DNA from: Gammaproteobacteria bacterium
GTDB taxonomy: Bacteria; Pseudomonadota; Gammaproteobacteria; Steroidobacterales; PWYM01
Reading direction: 5' to 3'
NCBI GenBank assembly: GCA_003567475.1
Contig: PWZL01000021.1
Coordinates: 3,485 to 67,484, forward strand
DNA length: 64,000 bases
The translations under genes were made by a program, and so were the position numbers. Numbering within the stretch: the first letter of the stretch is position 1; the number at the start of each line of letters is the position of its first letter. The notes under the pieces were generated by a model. That model was not told the origin of the DNA, ran no database searches, and was given only the letters and a program-made list of their open reading frames with translations. Below, in pieces: positions 19,585-29,714 of the stretch.

Positions 19585-21114
19585 TCAGCGCCGACGCCGT
19601 TCCAGGTCGACCACCAGCGGGAGGTGGTCGCTGTAGGCCGCATCCTCGGCAGTGAGTCCATGCCTGTCCAGCGCCTGCGCCGTCAGGCCCGAGGTGTCCA
19701 GCAGAAACGCATTGACGGCCACGGTCGCCGACGCGGCATAGAGCACATAGTCCAGCCGTGAGGGCGGAAACCTGGAGCGCGGATCGCGCCACGTGGTGGC
19801 CGCATCCCCGGCCAGGGTCAGCATCCGTGCAGCTTCCAGATTCACCCCGGCGGGATCGAGACTGGCGGCGATGATCTCCTTGGGCGCCGTGACGCCGACC
19901 AGGTTGAAATCGCCGCCCACCAGCACCCCCTCGGCGCCGGTCTCGCGCACGGCGCGGCGCAGTGCCAGATTGATGCTCACCGCCTCGGCCTTGCGCTGCA
20001 GATCTTCCGCGGAACCCGCCGACCCGCAGCATTTCAGATGGACATTGGCCACCAGCACAGGACCTATCCGCGACTCGGCGAGCGCGGCGACATAACGCAC
20101 ACTGCGCTCAAGCAGGGCATCCTCTCCCTCAGCCAGCCGATAGGCCAGCGGTGCCTCGCCGACCGGCGTGAGGGGCACCTGGGAGACAATCACCACCCCC
20201 AACGCCCCGGTCCGGTGCACCTGCCACGGCCGCTCGGCAGGCGCGTGGGTGTCGAACCAGCGGGCGATGGAACTCGCGGACAGGCGCGGCGGTGGTCGCC
20301 CACGCGCATCACGCGTCACTCGATCCCATTCCTGCAGGAGCACGATATCGGGCTGGGTGGCCGCCAGCAGCCGGGCGAACGGTGCTGGAGTGTCCAACGG
20401 TGCGGCCCATTCGACGTTCGCCGAGAGCACCCGCAACGCCCCGTCAGGGCGCACCGGAATGCCAGTGTCGGCCCGCCACGGCCCGGGGGCGGCCAGCGGC
20501 CGCGACAACGCCAGGACCCCGGACTCCCAGACCACGCGCCCGCTGGCATCCAGCCGACGCACGAGCACCCGCGCCGTCCCCGCGGCGCGCAGCAGCGGCC
20601 CCAGACGACGGTCTTCCAGTAGATGACGGGAGATGCGCAACTCGAATTCATCGGCGAGATGAGTCGGCAGTGCCGCGAAACCGACCTGCTGATGGCGCAG
20701 GCTGCGCGGCGTACCGTCACGCCGATAGGCACGCGCGGCGGCACCGCTGCCCTGCCCGGCCTCGTCGCGCGTCGCCGCCGGCGCGAACAGCAGCGCCAGG
20801 TCCACCCCGAGCGACGCGTCACCCTCGGCAGGCGTGATCGGCCGACCCGTGCCAGCCTCGTCATCCAGGTCGATCAGCACTTCGGTGGCGACCGACGAGG
20901 TCTGCAGGCTGACCGGTTCCGGCAGCGACAGGCGCAAATGGAGGTGCCACGGATCGGCCAGGGCCTGTTCGCCCGCAGGCCAGTCGCTGAACTCACCGTC
21001 CAGCACAATGGTTGGTTGGGCCTGCACCGGCAGGAGCGGCACCAGCAGGCAAACCAGCGCGATGCGGGCCCATGACCCGGGAGGGCACCTCTTGGTCCTG
21101 GCTTCGGGTAGCAT
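19585..21114 (-). CDS. exported endonuclease/exonuclease/phosphatase (EEP) family protein
   Basis: signal peptide (VQA-QP), LRVLSANV, DIVLLQE, HLKCC, GGDFN, RLDY, SDHLP. Confidence 0.85.
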   Translation of the reverse strand: MLPEARTKRCPPGSWARIALVCLLVPLLPVQAQPTIVLDGEFSDWPAGEQALADPWHLHLRLSLPEPVSLQTSSVATEVLIDLDDEAGTGRPITPAEGDASLGVDLALLFAPAATRDEAGQGSGAAARAYRRDGTPRSLRHQQVGFAALPTHLADEFELRISRHLLEDRRLGPLLRAAGTARVLVRRLDASGRVVWESGVLALSRPLAAPGPWRADTGIPVRPDGALRVLSANVEWAAPLDTPAPFARLLAATQPDIVLLQEWDRVTRDARGRPPPRLSASSIARWFDTHAPAERPWQVHRTGALGVVIVSQVPLTPVGEAPLAYRLAEGEDALLERSVRYVAALAESRIGPVLVANVHLKCCGSAGSAEDLQRKAEAVSINLALRRAVRETGAEGVLVGGDFNLVGVTAPKEIIAASLDPAGVNLEAARMLTLAGDAATTWRDPRSRFPPSRLDYVLYAASATVAVNAFLLDTSGLTAQALDRHGLTAEDAAYSDHLPLVVDLERRRR

Positions 21115-21196
21115 TGCGCTCGACGACCTCCGTGAATGGATCAGCATGGCAGGCGCGACGGTAAGCGTCGGACGCCGCCTGCGCAAGTGCCCGGGC

Positions 21197-21230
21197 ATGT
21201 CGTCATTTCGTAACCCGGAACGGCCACACT
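21197..21230 (+). promoter_or_regulatory. putative Pho box plus -10 upstream of phnD
   Basis: ATGTCGTcatt/TCGTAAC half-sites 11 bp apart, 10-nt spacer, CACACT. Confidence 0.45.
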
Positions 21231-21242
21231 GTTAAGTTTTGG

Positions 21243-22199
21243 ATGCTGACGGCGATCTGCGTGACCCAGAAACTACGACCCAGCGTTCTCCTGCTCGGAA
21301 TGCTCGCCGCCGTGGTCAGCGCGAGCTGCTGCCCGCCACCCGATATGGACGAGCGCGGCTGGCCACGACAGCTCGTGCTGGGCCTGGTGCCGGCCAACGA
21401 GGCCGAGGCGATGGTCGACAACCTCGAACCGCTGGCAGAGTTTCTGGAAGAGCGGCTCGGCCTGTCGGTGCGAGCATTCGTTCCGCAGGACTACACCGGC
21501 GTGGTGGAGGCCATGGGCAGTGGCCGCGCCGATATCGGCATGCTGCCACCCTTTGCCGCCATGCTCGGGATGCGTCGCTACGACATCGAGCCCATTCTGA
21601 TCTCGGTGCGCAATGGCGAGACCGGCTACCGTTCACAGTGGATGACCAATGACCGCTCACTCTGTGACAGCGATCTGGTGACCGATGCAGCGGGCATGCT
21701 GAGTTGCGAGGGACGACTGGACACCATCGCCGGACGCTCGGTGGCCTTCACCGACCCGAACAGCACCTCGGGCTTTCTCTTCCCGTCGCTGCAGCTCGTC
21801 GAACTCGGGATGGACCCGGAACGGGAACTCCGCAGACTGTTCGTGGGCGCGCACGACGCCGCGGTGCTGGCGGTCTACGGCGGCGATGTGACCGTAGGCG
21901 TGTCCTACGACGACGCCCGCGGCATGGTCCGTCCGCAATTCCCGGACGTCGGCGAGCGGGTCATCGTGTTCGCCCATTCTCCGCGCATCCCCAACGACGG
22001 CGTGCTGCTGCGCGCCGACCTGCCCGAGGATCTCAAGACGGCCATCCGCGATGCCTTCGTCGCGCTCGCCCGGGAACAGGCCGAGCTGCCACGCGAGCAG
22101 CGGGTACTGTGGATCATCTACGAGATCGACGATTTCATCCCGGCCACGCCGGGCATCTATGACCCCGTGGCCGCCGCCTACGACTTCATGCGGCGCTAG
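21243..22199 (+). CDS. phnD: phosphate/phosphite/phosphonate ABC transporter substrate-binding protein
   Basis: DYTGVVEAM, AFTDPNSTSGFLFP, GAHDAAVLAV, IPND. Confidence 0.85.
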   Translation: MLTAICVTQKLRPSVLLLGMLAAVVSASCCPPPDMDERGWPRQLVLGLVPANEAEAMVDNLEPLAEFLEERLGLSVRAFVPQDYTGVVEAMGSGRADIGMLPPFAAMLGMRRYDIEPILISVRNGETGYRSQWMTNDRSLCDSDLVTDAAGMLSCEGRLDTIAGRSVAFTDPNSTSGFLFPSLQLVELGMDPERELRRLFVGAHDAAVLAVYGGDVTVGVSYDDARGMVRPQFPDVGERVIVFAHSPRIPNDGVLLRADLPEDLKTAIRDAFVALAREQAELPREQRVLWIIYEIDDFIPATPGIYDPVAAAYDFMRR

Positions 22200-22208
22200 G
22201 AGCCCACC

Positions 22209-23012
22209 ATGCCCGCGCAAACTGACAGCCACGACGTCATGATCCGCTTCCGTGGCGCGGGCGTGACCTATCCGAACGGTGTGGTCGGTCTCCAGGACGT
22301 CACCCTGGATATCCGGCGCGGCGAGTTCGTGGTGATCGTGGGATCCTCCGGCGCTGGCAAGTCGACCTTTCTACGCACCATCAACGGACTGACCCCTCTC
22401 AGCACCGGGGCGGTCGAGGTCGCAGGCCAGCCCGTGCCACGCCGGCAGGGCCGCGAACTGCGCCAGCTGCGGGCACGCATCGGCATGGTCTTCCAGGACT
22501 TCCGCCTGGTGCGGCGGGTATCGGTGCTCAACAACGTCCTGATCGGTCGGGTGGCGCGCGTGGCGGGCTGGCGCAGCGTGCTCAACCTGTGGCCACGCGA
22601 AGACATTGATCTCGCGTTCTCCGCACTGGAACGCGTCGGCATCGTCGACAAGGCCTACACTCGCGCAGGCCAGCTCTCCGGGGGCCAGCAGCAGCGGGTC
22701 GGCATCGCCCGTGCGCTCGCCCAGGAGCCCGAGGTGATTCTCGCCGACGAGCCGGTGGCATCGCTCGATCCGGTCACCTGCCACCAGGTGATGGAGGATC
22801 TGCTGCGCATCAATCGGGAACTGGGCATCACCACACTGGTGAACCTGCACTTTCTCGATCTGGCGCGACGCTATGGACAGCGGATCATCGGGCTGCAGCA
22901 GGGTCGCCTGGTGTTTGACGGCGCGGGCAGCGATGTCACTGACGCTGATTTCCAGCGGATCTACGGCCGCCAGCCGGAGGAGGACGACTTTCTCCAGGAG
23001 GCCCGCGCGTGA
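22209..23012 (+). CDS. phnC: phosphonate-type ABC transporter ATPase
   Basis: [37 protein letters not shown]. Confidence 0.9.
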   Translation: MPAQTDSHDVMIRFRGAGVTYPNGVVGLQDVTLDIRRGEFVVIVGSSGAGKSTFLRTINGLTPLSTGAVEVAGQPVPRRQGRELRQLRARIGMVFQDFRLVRRVSVLNNVLIGRVARVAGWRSVLNLWPREDIDLAFSALERVGIVDKAYTRAGQLSGGQQQRVGIARALAQEPEVILADEPVASLDPVTCHQVMEDLLRINRELGITTLVNLHFLDLARRYGQRIIGLQQGRLVFDGAGSDVTDADFQRIYGRQPEEDDFLQEARA

Positions 23013-23788
23013 ACCGTCCCGCGCCGCCGCCACGCCAGCTCGGCCTGTGGTTCACGATCGCCGCCGGTCTCGCGGCCATGACAGCGTGGTCCGGGATCAG
23101 CATCGGTTTTTCGGTGAGCGAACTGGTCTGCAACGCCGCCGGAGGCAGCCGGCTGCTGCGCGAGTCCTGGCCTCCGGACTTTGCCTTCCTGCCGCGGCTG
23201 ATCGGCCCGTTTCTGGAGACCGTACAGATCGCGCTGATCGGCACGGTCGTCGGCGCCGTGATCGCGATTCCGGTGGCGGTGCTGGCCGCGCGACCGGTCA
23301 GCCCGAACTGGCTCACCTGGATCCTCGACCGGAACTTCATGAACATCCTGCGCACGCTGCCGGATCTGTTCTGGGCCATGCTGTTCGCCACGGCTGTCGG
23401 GTTCGGTCCGTTGGCGGGCGCGCTGGCACTGTCGGTGTTCAGCGTGGCCGTCATCAGCAAGCTGTTCTCCGAATCGGTCGAGGCCATCGACCTCAACCTC
23501 ACCGAGGCGGTGCGCGCCAGTGGCGGCAGCTGGCTGCAGATGATCGGTCTGGGCACCTTGCCCCAGGTCTGGCCCCAGTACGCGGCCTACGTGCTCTACG
23601 CCTTCGAACTCAATGTCCGCGGATCGATGGTGCTCGGCCTGGTCGGCGCCGGGGGGATCGGCATGATCCTCGAGACCCAGCGCGCCAACTTCGAGTATGA
23701 GCGCGTGGCCATGATCATCCTGGCGGTGCTGGTGGTCGTGCTGTTGATCGAGCAGTTCAGCATCGCCGTGCGCCGGCGGCTCACATGA
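23009..23788 (+). CDS. phnE: phosphonate-type ABC transporter permease
   Basis: KLFSESVE, FELNVRGSMVLGLVGAGGIG. Confidence 0.9.
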   Translation: MNRPAPPPRQLGLWFTIAAGLAAMTAWSGISIGFSVSELVCNAAGGSRLLRESWPPDFAFLPRLIGPFLETVQIALIGTVVGAVIAIPVAVLAARPVSPNWLTWILDRNFMNILRTLPDLFWAMLFATAVGFGPLAGALALSVFSVAVISKLFSESVEAIDLNLTEAVRASGGSWLQMIGLGTLPQVWPQYAAYVLYAFELNVRGSMVLGLVGAGGIGMILETQRANFEYERVAMIILAVLVVVLLIEQFSIAVRRRLT

Positions 23789-24573
23789 GCGCGCAACGCC
23801 TGCCCATGCGCCAGTGGCGGCCCGGCTTCGCGAGCTGGACTACCCTGACTGTCGGTGTGCTGTTGCTGTGGTCACTGTGGGCCATTGAGGCCTCGCCGGA
23901 ACGTCTGGCACGCCTGCCCTCGCAACTCGCCCAGGTGCTTGGCTTTTTCTGGCCGGTCGACTGGCAGTACGGCCATACCCGCGTGGTCCCCGCCATCATC
24001 GAGTCGATTCAGCTCGCCTGGATCGGCACCATCATTGGCGCGGCGCTGTCACTGCCGCTGGCCATTCTCGGCGCAAGCACGCTGTTTCCATGGGCGGCCA
24101 AGGTCGTCAAGGGCATCTCGGCCGCCATCCGCGCGGTACCGGAGATTCTCTGGGCGCTGTATCTGGTGCCCATCGTGGGGCTCGGACCGTTCGCCGGCGC
24201 GCTGGCGCTGGGCATCAACTCGGTCGGCATGCTTTCCAAGCTCGGCGCCGAGGTGGTCGAGTCGGCCGATCTCGCGGCGATGGAGGCGGTCGAGGCCGCC
24301 GGCGGCTCACGCCTGGCAGCGATTCGGCTGGGGCTGCTGCCGCAGGTTCTGCCGGAGCTGATGGCCCACTGGCTGTTCCGCTTCGAGCTCAACCTGCGGG
24401 CCTCGGCGGTGCTGGGCGTGGTTGGCGCGGGCGGGGTCGGTGGCCTGCTCCTCAACACGCTGCGTTATCGGCAGTTCGAGATGGCCGCAGCCGTGCTGGT
24501 GCTGACGATACTGGTGGTGCTGGCCATCGACATGGTGTCGGGCTCGGTGCGCCGCAAACTGCTGCGTGGTTGA
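23785..24573 (+). CDS. phnE: phosphonate-type ABC transporter permease (second copy)
   Basis: RFELNLRASAVLGVVGAGGVG. Confidence 0.9.
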   Translation: MSAQRLPMRQWRPGFASWTTLTVGVLLLWSLWAIEASPERLARLPSQLAQVLGFFWPVDWQYGHTRVVPAIIESIQLAWIGTIIGAALSLPLAILGASTLFPWAAKVVKGISAAIRAVPEILWALYLVPIVGLGPFAGALALGINSVGMLSKLGAEVVESADLAAMEAVEAAGGSRLAAIRLGLLPQVLPELMAHWLFRFELNLRASAVLGVVGAGGVGGLLLNTLRYRQFEMAAAVLVLTILVVLAIDMVSGSVRRKLLRG

Positions 24574-24587
24574 ACTGCGCCGCGCAC

Positions 24588-25934
24588 TCAGTTCGCGGCG
24601 GCGGTCACCAGCAGATCCCGCCGATAGACCTGGCCCCCTTTCATCACGAAACCCACCTGCGTGAGCTCGTTGACGTCGACCAGCGGATCACCGGCCACCG
24701 CGATGATATCGGCATAGCGCCCGGGGGTGATCGAGCCGATGTCCTCCTGCATCCCGAGCAACTCGGCGGTATTCACCGTCGCCGTCTGGATGGCCTGCAT
24801 CGGCGTCATGCCCCACTCGACCATCCGCGCGAACTGTCGCGCGTTGTGTCCGTGCGGGAACACGCCGGCATCAGAACCGAAGCTCATGCGCACGCCGGCT
24901 GCCAGCGCCCGCTGAAAGTTCTCACGCTGGGCCGTCCCGACGATGCGTTCCTTCTCCAGCGATTCCGGCAGAATCCCCATCGCCTCACCACTGCCCAGAA
25001 TGAAATCGCTCACGTAGATGTCCATCGACAGAAAAGTCCCGCGCTCGCGGGCGAGCCGGATCCCCTCATCATCGATCAGACTGGCGTGCTCGATTGAATT
25101 CGCGCCGGCGCGGATAGCGGTCTTGATGCCTTCGGTGCCATGCGCGTGTACCGCCACCCGCAGGCCCAGCATCTGCGCTTCCTGCACGATCGCCTCCATC
25201 TCTTCGAACGTGTACTGCTGGGCGCCGATCGAGGTACCGGCCGACAACACCCCGCCGGTCGCACAGAACTTGATCAGGTCGACCCCGTATTTCAGGTTCT
25301 CGCGGACACGCTGACGCACTCCCCAGGGACCGTCGGCCACCCCGTCGGAGAAGGCCCGGAATTCCGGCGGCAACAGGTTGTTGTCGCAATGGCCACCGGT
25401 GATGCCGATTGACGGTCCGGAGACCAGCATCCGCGGGCCGACCACCTCGCCATCATTGATCGCGTCGCGAAGGGCGACGTCGGCAAAGCCACCAGCGCCG
25501 ACGTTGCGCACGGTGGTGAACCCTGCTCGCAGGGTGTGCAATGCACTGGCCACCCCGGTGAGGGCCGCCCGCGGCGTGGACACCGCCAGGCCGCGATAGC
25601 CGTGCTGATCATGCCGGCTGGTGAGATGGACATGGCCATCGAGCAGCCCGGGCAACACCGTCGCGCTCGACAGGTCGATGACCTGGGCAGCTTCAGGGAC
25701 CGGCGTATCCGCCACCGGCCCGACCGCAATGATCCGCTCGCCCTCGATGACGATCAGTTGGTCACGGAGTGCTCTGCCCTGATCGACGTCGAGCAGCGTG
25801 CCGGCATGGATCGCCAGCACGCGCGGGCTGTCTGCGTTCGCCGAGGCAACAGCCGACACTGCCATGCCAAGGCAAAGCCACAGCAGGGACACAACACCAA
25901 GGGCAACCGGCAAACGTACGCGGGGGATGGACAT
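24588..25934 (-). CDS. exported amidohydrolase (Xaa-Pro dipeptidase-like)
   Basis: signal peptide, PGLLDGHVH, KFCATGGV, HAHG, EHAS, GSDAG; ATG 25934 behind GGAGAG. Confidence 0.85.
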   Translation of the reverse strand: MSIPRVRLPVALGVVSLLWLCLGMAVSAVASANADSPRVLAIHAGTLLDVDQGRALRDQLIVIEGERIIAVGPVADTPVPEAAQVIDLSSATVLPGLLDGHVHLTSRHDQHGYRGLAVSTPRAALTGVASALHTLRAGFTTVRNVGAGGFADVALRDAINDGEVVGPRMLVSGPSIGITGGHCDNNLLPPEFRAFSDGVADGPWGVRQRVRENLKYGVDLIKFCATGGVLSAGTSIGAQQYTFEEMEAIVQEAQMLGLRVAVHAHGTEGIKTAIRAGANSIEHASLIDDEGIRLARERGTFLSMDIYVSDFILGSGEAMGILPESLEKERIVGTAQRENFQRALAAGVRMSFGSDAGVFPHGHNARQFARMVEWGMTPMQAIQTATVNTAELLGMQEDIGSITPGRYADIIAVAGDPLVDVNELTQVGFVMKGGQVYRRDLLVTAAAN

Positions 25935-26049
25935 GGGGCCTCTCCAGAGCTGACTGAACTCGCCGACGCGAGCCGACTGCGCTCGAGGATAGCGGCCAAC
26001 CTGCCGGCTGTCCAAATCCGAAGCCGCTGCGAGGCGCCGGCACAGGGAC

Positions 26050-26080
26050 AAAAAAAGCGGCCGGCGAATGCCGGCCGCTC
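26050..26080 (-). terminator. intrinsic terminator after the TonB-dependent receptor
   Basis: AGCGGCCGGC-ATTC-GCCGGCCGCT followed by a T run on the minus strand. Confidence 0.85.
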
Positions 26081-26103
26081 GTGGAGCAAGATACCGCAAG
26101 GCC

Positions 26104-29100
26104 TCAGAATTCGTAGCGAATTCCGATCCGCGCGTACCACACAGCCTGGGAGTTCGAACGGAAGCTCGTCGCCCCGCCGCCGAACGAGTTGTAGCGGAAC
26201 AGACAGTCGTCGGCACTCAGGCAGTTGGTGCGCGGCGCATCCCCCGTGAGGGCAGGGGCTGCATCGATGCCCAGCGCCGCCACATCCTCTGCCCGGACCA
26301 GATCGGCGTTGAGGATGTCACGCTGACCGAAGCCCGGAGCGTTCTTGGCCGTGCCCCAGCGCTTGTTCAGCAGGTTGGCGACGTTCTGGATATCGAGCTC
26401 GATCCGGAAACGATTGTCACCGAAGAAACCCGGCAGCTCCTGCTGCAGCTTGAGATCCCAGCGCTGGCGCCACGGACCACGCGCCGAGTTCACCGCCTGG
26501 ATGGCACCGCGCGTCATGCCATTGTCGGTGATGTAGTTGTCGAAGGCCGTGACGTCGAAGCCCGACCCGTAGACCACGCGTGGATCGTTGACCGTCGGAA
26601 CGTAGACCGGGCTGTTGTTGAACGGCGCTTCGAAGTTGCCCGGACGACCGAACAGCGGGTTGCCGCCACCACCGGAAAACCCGGAGTAGGTGAAGGTAAA
26701 CGGCGCCCCCGAATTGAACTGGCCGAACAGATCGACGCGGGTCATCAGGTCACGGACGAAGTTACGCTCATACGACAGTCCAAGCTTCAGCGCATGCCGC
26801 ACCTCGTAGATGGAGGTCCGCGGCTCGGGGTCGTTCGGATTTGCCGTCACCTGGCCACGGAACGCAGAGATGCCGCGCGAGGACGAGCCCTCGGTGATCA
26901 TGTCGACATCCTGGTAGGAGTACGCCGCATAGACGCCAAGCCCGTTATCGAACTGGTTAGCCATCGACAGTGTGAAGATCCAGTTCTTGTCGCCCGACGT
27001 GTTGGCCAGAATCGTACGGTTGGACACCCCCAGCGCCTGCAGATCCGCGTAGATCGGTCGGCCATCGGGCGCCACGCCGGTCTGGTTGAACGGGGACTGC
27101 AGCACCTGGGCACCCTCGATCCAGACGAAGGAGTCCCGCGAGCGGCTGTGCAGCAGCTGGGCCGTACCCAGCCAGCCGCGGCCCAGATTGAGACCTTCGA
27201 AGTCGAGATCAATCTGCTGCTCGACACGCACGGAAGCCTTCCAGTCTGACGGGATCCGGAAATTCGGATCGATGGCATCGATGGCGGTGGGCGTACCCCC
27301 GGCCACGGCGTCGAGCAGCGCCTGGGGCACGTCCCGTCCGGTGACGCCGGCCACGTTGCTCGCCGAGGCGAACACTGCCGGCACCTGGAAGGCATTGGAA
27401 GTCCACACGCCCGGCGAACCGCCAGCGAACAGACCGAGACCGCCGGTCACCGTCGTGCGATCCGCCGCATCCCAGCGGAACGAGAAGCGCGGCATCCACA
27501 GGTCCAGACCATCGGTCGTCGCGGTGTTCGAGAAGCCTACGGCCTCTGCGAAACTCGGATCGAGCGTCGGGCGGTCGCTGGTCGAGATCCGCTCATAACG
27601 AAGGCCGAACCCGAGTTCGAGATCCGGACGAGCCTGCCAGCGGACCTGGGCGAACGGCGCGAACGTCGAGTATCCCCATTCCGCGGCGCCGTCACGCGAC
27701 ACATTGGACGGGACGTTACGGTACTGGACGCTGTTGGCGACCTGGTTGGCGATATTGTCGGCGTTCTGGAACCGGAACAGACCGCGGGAACGCTCGACAA
27801 ACTCATTGAAGATATCGAGGTTCTCGTAGTCGATACCGAAGGTGAAGATGAAGTCGTCCATGAAGTAATCCGCCTTGGCGAACAACTGCAGACGCTCATC
27901 GGCGTAGTCGTTGGCGTGGCGGAAGCGGTCACAGCCGCCGGTGAACGTCAGGTTGTTGGCCCGCGTGAACAGGCCCTCCAGGGGCGAACCGGCCACAGAG
28001 GCGGCGTTCAGCTGGAATTCCAGCGTGCCGACATCCGCCGGCGCGCGGCAGTTCTGACCCCGGGTGTAGTCGATGTAGCTCGCGCGCAGTTCGGTGGAGA
28101 AGTTCGGTGACCAGTCTGAGAACAACTGTACGGTGTAGTTCTCGAGCAGCGTGGGCGTGTCATACCACGCCGACTGGAAGTTGGTCGCCGAGATTCCGCT
28201 GACGCCGGTATCTTCACTGCGCTGATAGTTCATCTGCAGGCGCTGGGAATCGTTGATGTCCCAGTCGAGGCGCACGAACCAGCGCTCGGTCTGCTCCGGC
28301 ACGGCGGCCTGCTGTGGACGACCGAGCATGTCGATGCCGTAGGTATCGAGAACCAGCTGGTTCAGCGTGCTGAAGAAAGCCGGGTCGACGCTGTTGTTGG
28401 CGTCGGTCGCGACGAAGTCGAGCTGGCGTGCGGTATCGAACTTGTCGTAAGACAGTGCGAAAAACAGCCGATCCTGGATGATCGGGCCGCGGAATGAGAT
28501 ACCGTATTCCTTTTCCTCGAACTCGCCAGGGCGGAAGGCACCCTCGCCACCGAACGGCTTGCGTCCGATCCAGCCCTCGTCGCGATAGTAGTAGAACGCC
28601 GCACCTTCGAACTCGTTGCTGCCGCCACGGGTCACGACGTTGACCAGGCCACCGGTGAATCCTGAGCTGGTCACCGAATACTCGGAGGCCACCAGCGAGA
28701 CGGACTCGATGATGTCGATATTGATGGGCGAGCGTGCTGTCGCGAAGGTGTTGGAGCCGAGGCCGAAGTTATCCTGCTGCCGGGCGCCGTCGATGGTCAC
28801 CCCATTGAAGCGCGGGTTCACGCCACCGACCGAAAGATTGTTCGGGCCGCCGGAAATCGCCAGCGGATCACGCGACAGTGTGGAAATCACGTCACGCGAG
28901 AGTGACGGCTGATTTGCAATGTCCTGCGCATTGAAGTTCGAGCCGACACCGCTGTTCAGATCCAGGGCCTGCACCGCCTGGCCGACCACGACGATCTCGT
29001 CGAGTTGCCGCATGCCGCTCAGGGTGATCCGCAGGGGGGGCTGGGTGCCGGGCTGCAGCCGAAGATCCTGTACGACACCGCCTTCAAAACCAGGCGCCGA

Positions 29101-29388
29101 AACGCGAATGGTGTAGGGTCCGCCCACCCGCAGTCCGGCCTGCAGGAAGCTGCCGGTTGCGCCGGTCGTCGAACTGCTGGTGCTGCCGGTAGGCTCATGA
29201 ATCACCGTCACGGTCGCGCCGCTGACGGGGGCGCCCTCTGCGCTCACCACCGAGCCGCGAAGCTCGGAGGAGGTGATCTGCGCATGAACGGCTGCCACCG
29301 GCGCCATCGCCAGCAACGTCGAAATGGATGCCGCGAGAGACGTTCGTCCCGGGCGCGCAAGCGCCGCCTGCAATGCCTGCTTCAACAT
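26104..29388 (-). CDS. Oar-type TonB-dependent receptor with N-terminal carboxypeptidase-regulatory-like domain
   Basis: 1094 aa, signal peptide, GLRVGGPY, NVVTRGGSNEF plug motif, C-terminal GIRYEF. Confidence 0.9.
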   Translation of the reverse strand: MLKQALQAALARPGRTSLAASISTLLAMAPVAAVHAQITSSELRGSVVSAEGAPVSGATVTVIHEPTGSTSSSTTGATGSFLQAGLRVGGPYTIRVSAPGFEGGVVQDLRLQPGTQPPLRITLSGMRQLDEIVVVGQAVQALDLNSGVGSNFNAQDIANQPSLSRDVISTLSRDPLAISGGPNNLSVGGVNPRFNGVTIDGARQQDNFGLGSNTFATARSPINIDIIESVSLVASEYSVTSSGFTGGLVNVVTRGGSNEFEGAAFYYYRDEGWIGRKPFGGEGAFRPGEFEEKEYGISFRGPIIQDRLFFALSYDKFDTARQLDFVATDANNSVDPAFFSTLNQLVLDTYGIDMLGRPQQAAVPEQTERWFVRLDWDINDSQRLQMNYQRSEDTGVSGISATNFQSAWYDTPTLLENYTVQLFSDWSPNFSTELRASYIDYTRGQNCRAPADVGTLEFQLNAASVAGSPLEGLFTRANNLTFTGGCDRFRHANDYADERLQLFAKADYFMDDFIFTFGIDYENLDIFNEFVERSRGLFRFQNADNIANQVANSVQYRNVPSNVSRDGAAEWGYSTFAPFAQVRWQARPDLELGFGLRYERISTSDRPTLDPSFAEAVGFSNTATTDGLDLWMPRFSFRWDAADRTTVTGGLGLFAGGSPGVWTSNAFQVPAVFASASNVAGVTGRDVPQALLDAVAGGTPTAIDAIDPNFRIPSDWKASVRVEQQIDLDFEGLNLGRGWLGTAQLLHSRSRDSFVWIEGAQVLQSPFNQTGVAPDGRPIYADLQALGVSNRTILANTSGDKNWIFTLSMANQFDNGLGVYAAYSYQDVDMITEGSSSRGISAFRGQVTANPNDPEPRTSIYEVRHALKLGLSYERNFVRDLMTRVDLFGQFNSGAPFTFTYSGFSGGGGNPLFGRPGNFEAPFNNSPVYVPTVNDPRVVYGSGFDVTAFDNYITDNGMTRGAIQAVNSARGPWRQRWDLKLQQELPGFFGDNRFRIELDIQNVANLLNKRWGTAKNAPGFGQRDILNADLVRAEDVAALGIDAAPALTGDAPRTNCLSADDCLFRYNSFGGGATSFRSNSQAVWYARIGIRYEF

Positions 29389-29714
29389 GGTCTACCCCAC
29401 CTGTGAGTGTGCTTGAGAACTCGTGATGTCGGATCGCCGCGACGACAAGGCGACACCAGACCCCTGGTGTCGCCTAAGCGCAACAGCTCTACGCCGATCG
29501 ATGTTAGTTTGAGGGCCAAACATGACAGTTTTCTGTACGTCAGGTGACCGGTTGACTGCAGCGGCCCGATCAGGTGGAGGACGAACACCGCGGAACGTCG
29601 GCGATACGCACACTCACCCCCGATCCGGGAGACAAAACAGGCTTGAGGCCACCGGCCGCGTGTTGAACTGCTCCGTGACAGGATGTTGTTTTTTATTTAC
29701 AGCCCAGGTGACCC

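Noticed and set aside
29675-29702. CTGTAAA...CTGTCAC as a Pho box for the TonB receptor
   Set aside because: Half-sites are 21 bp apart rather than 11 or 22, and no properly spaced -10 follows
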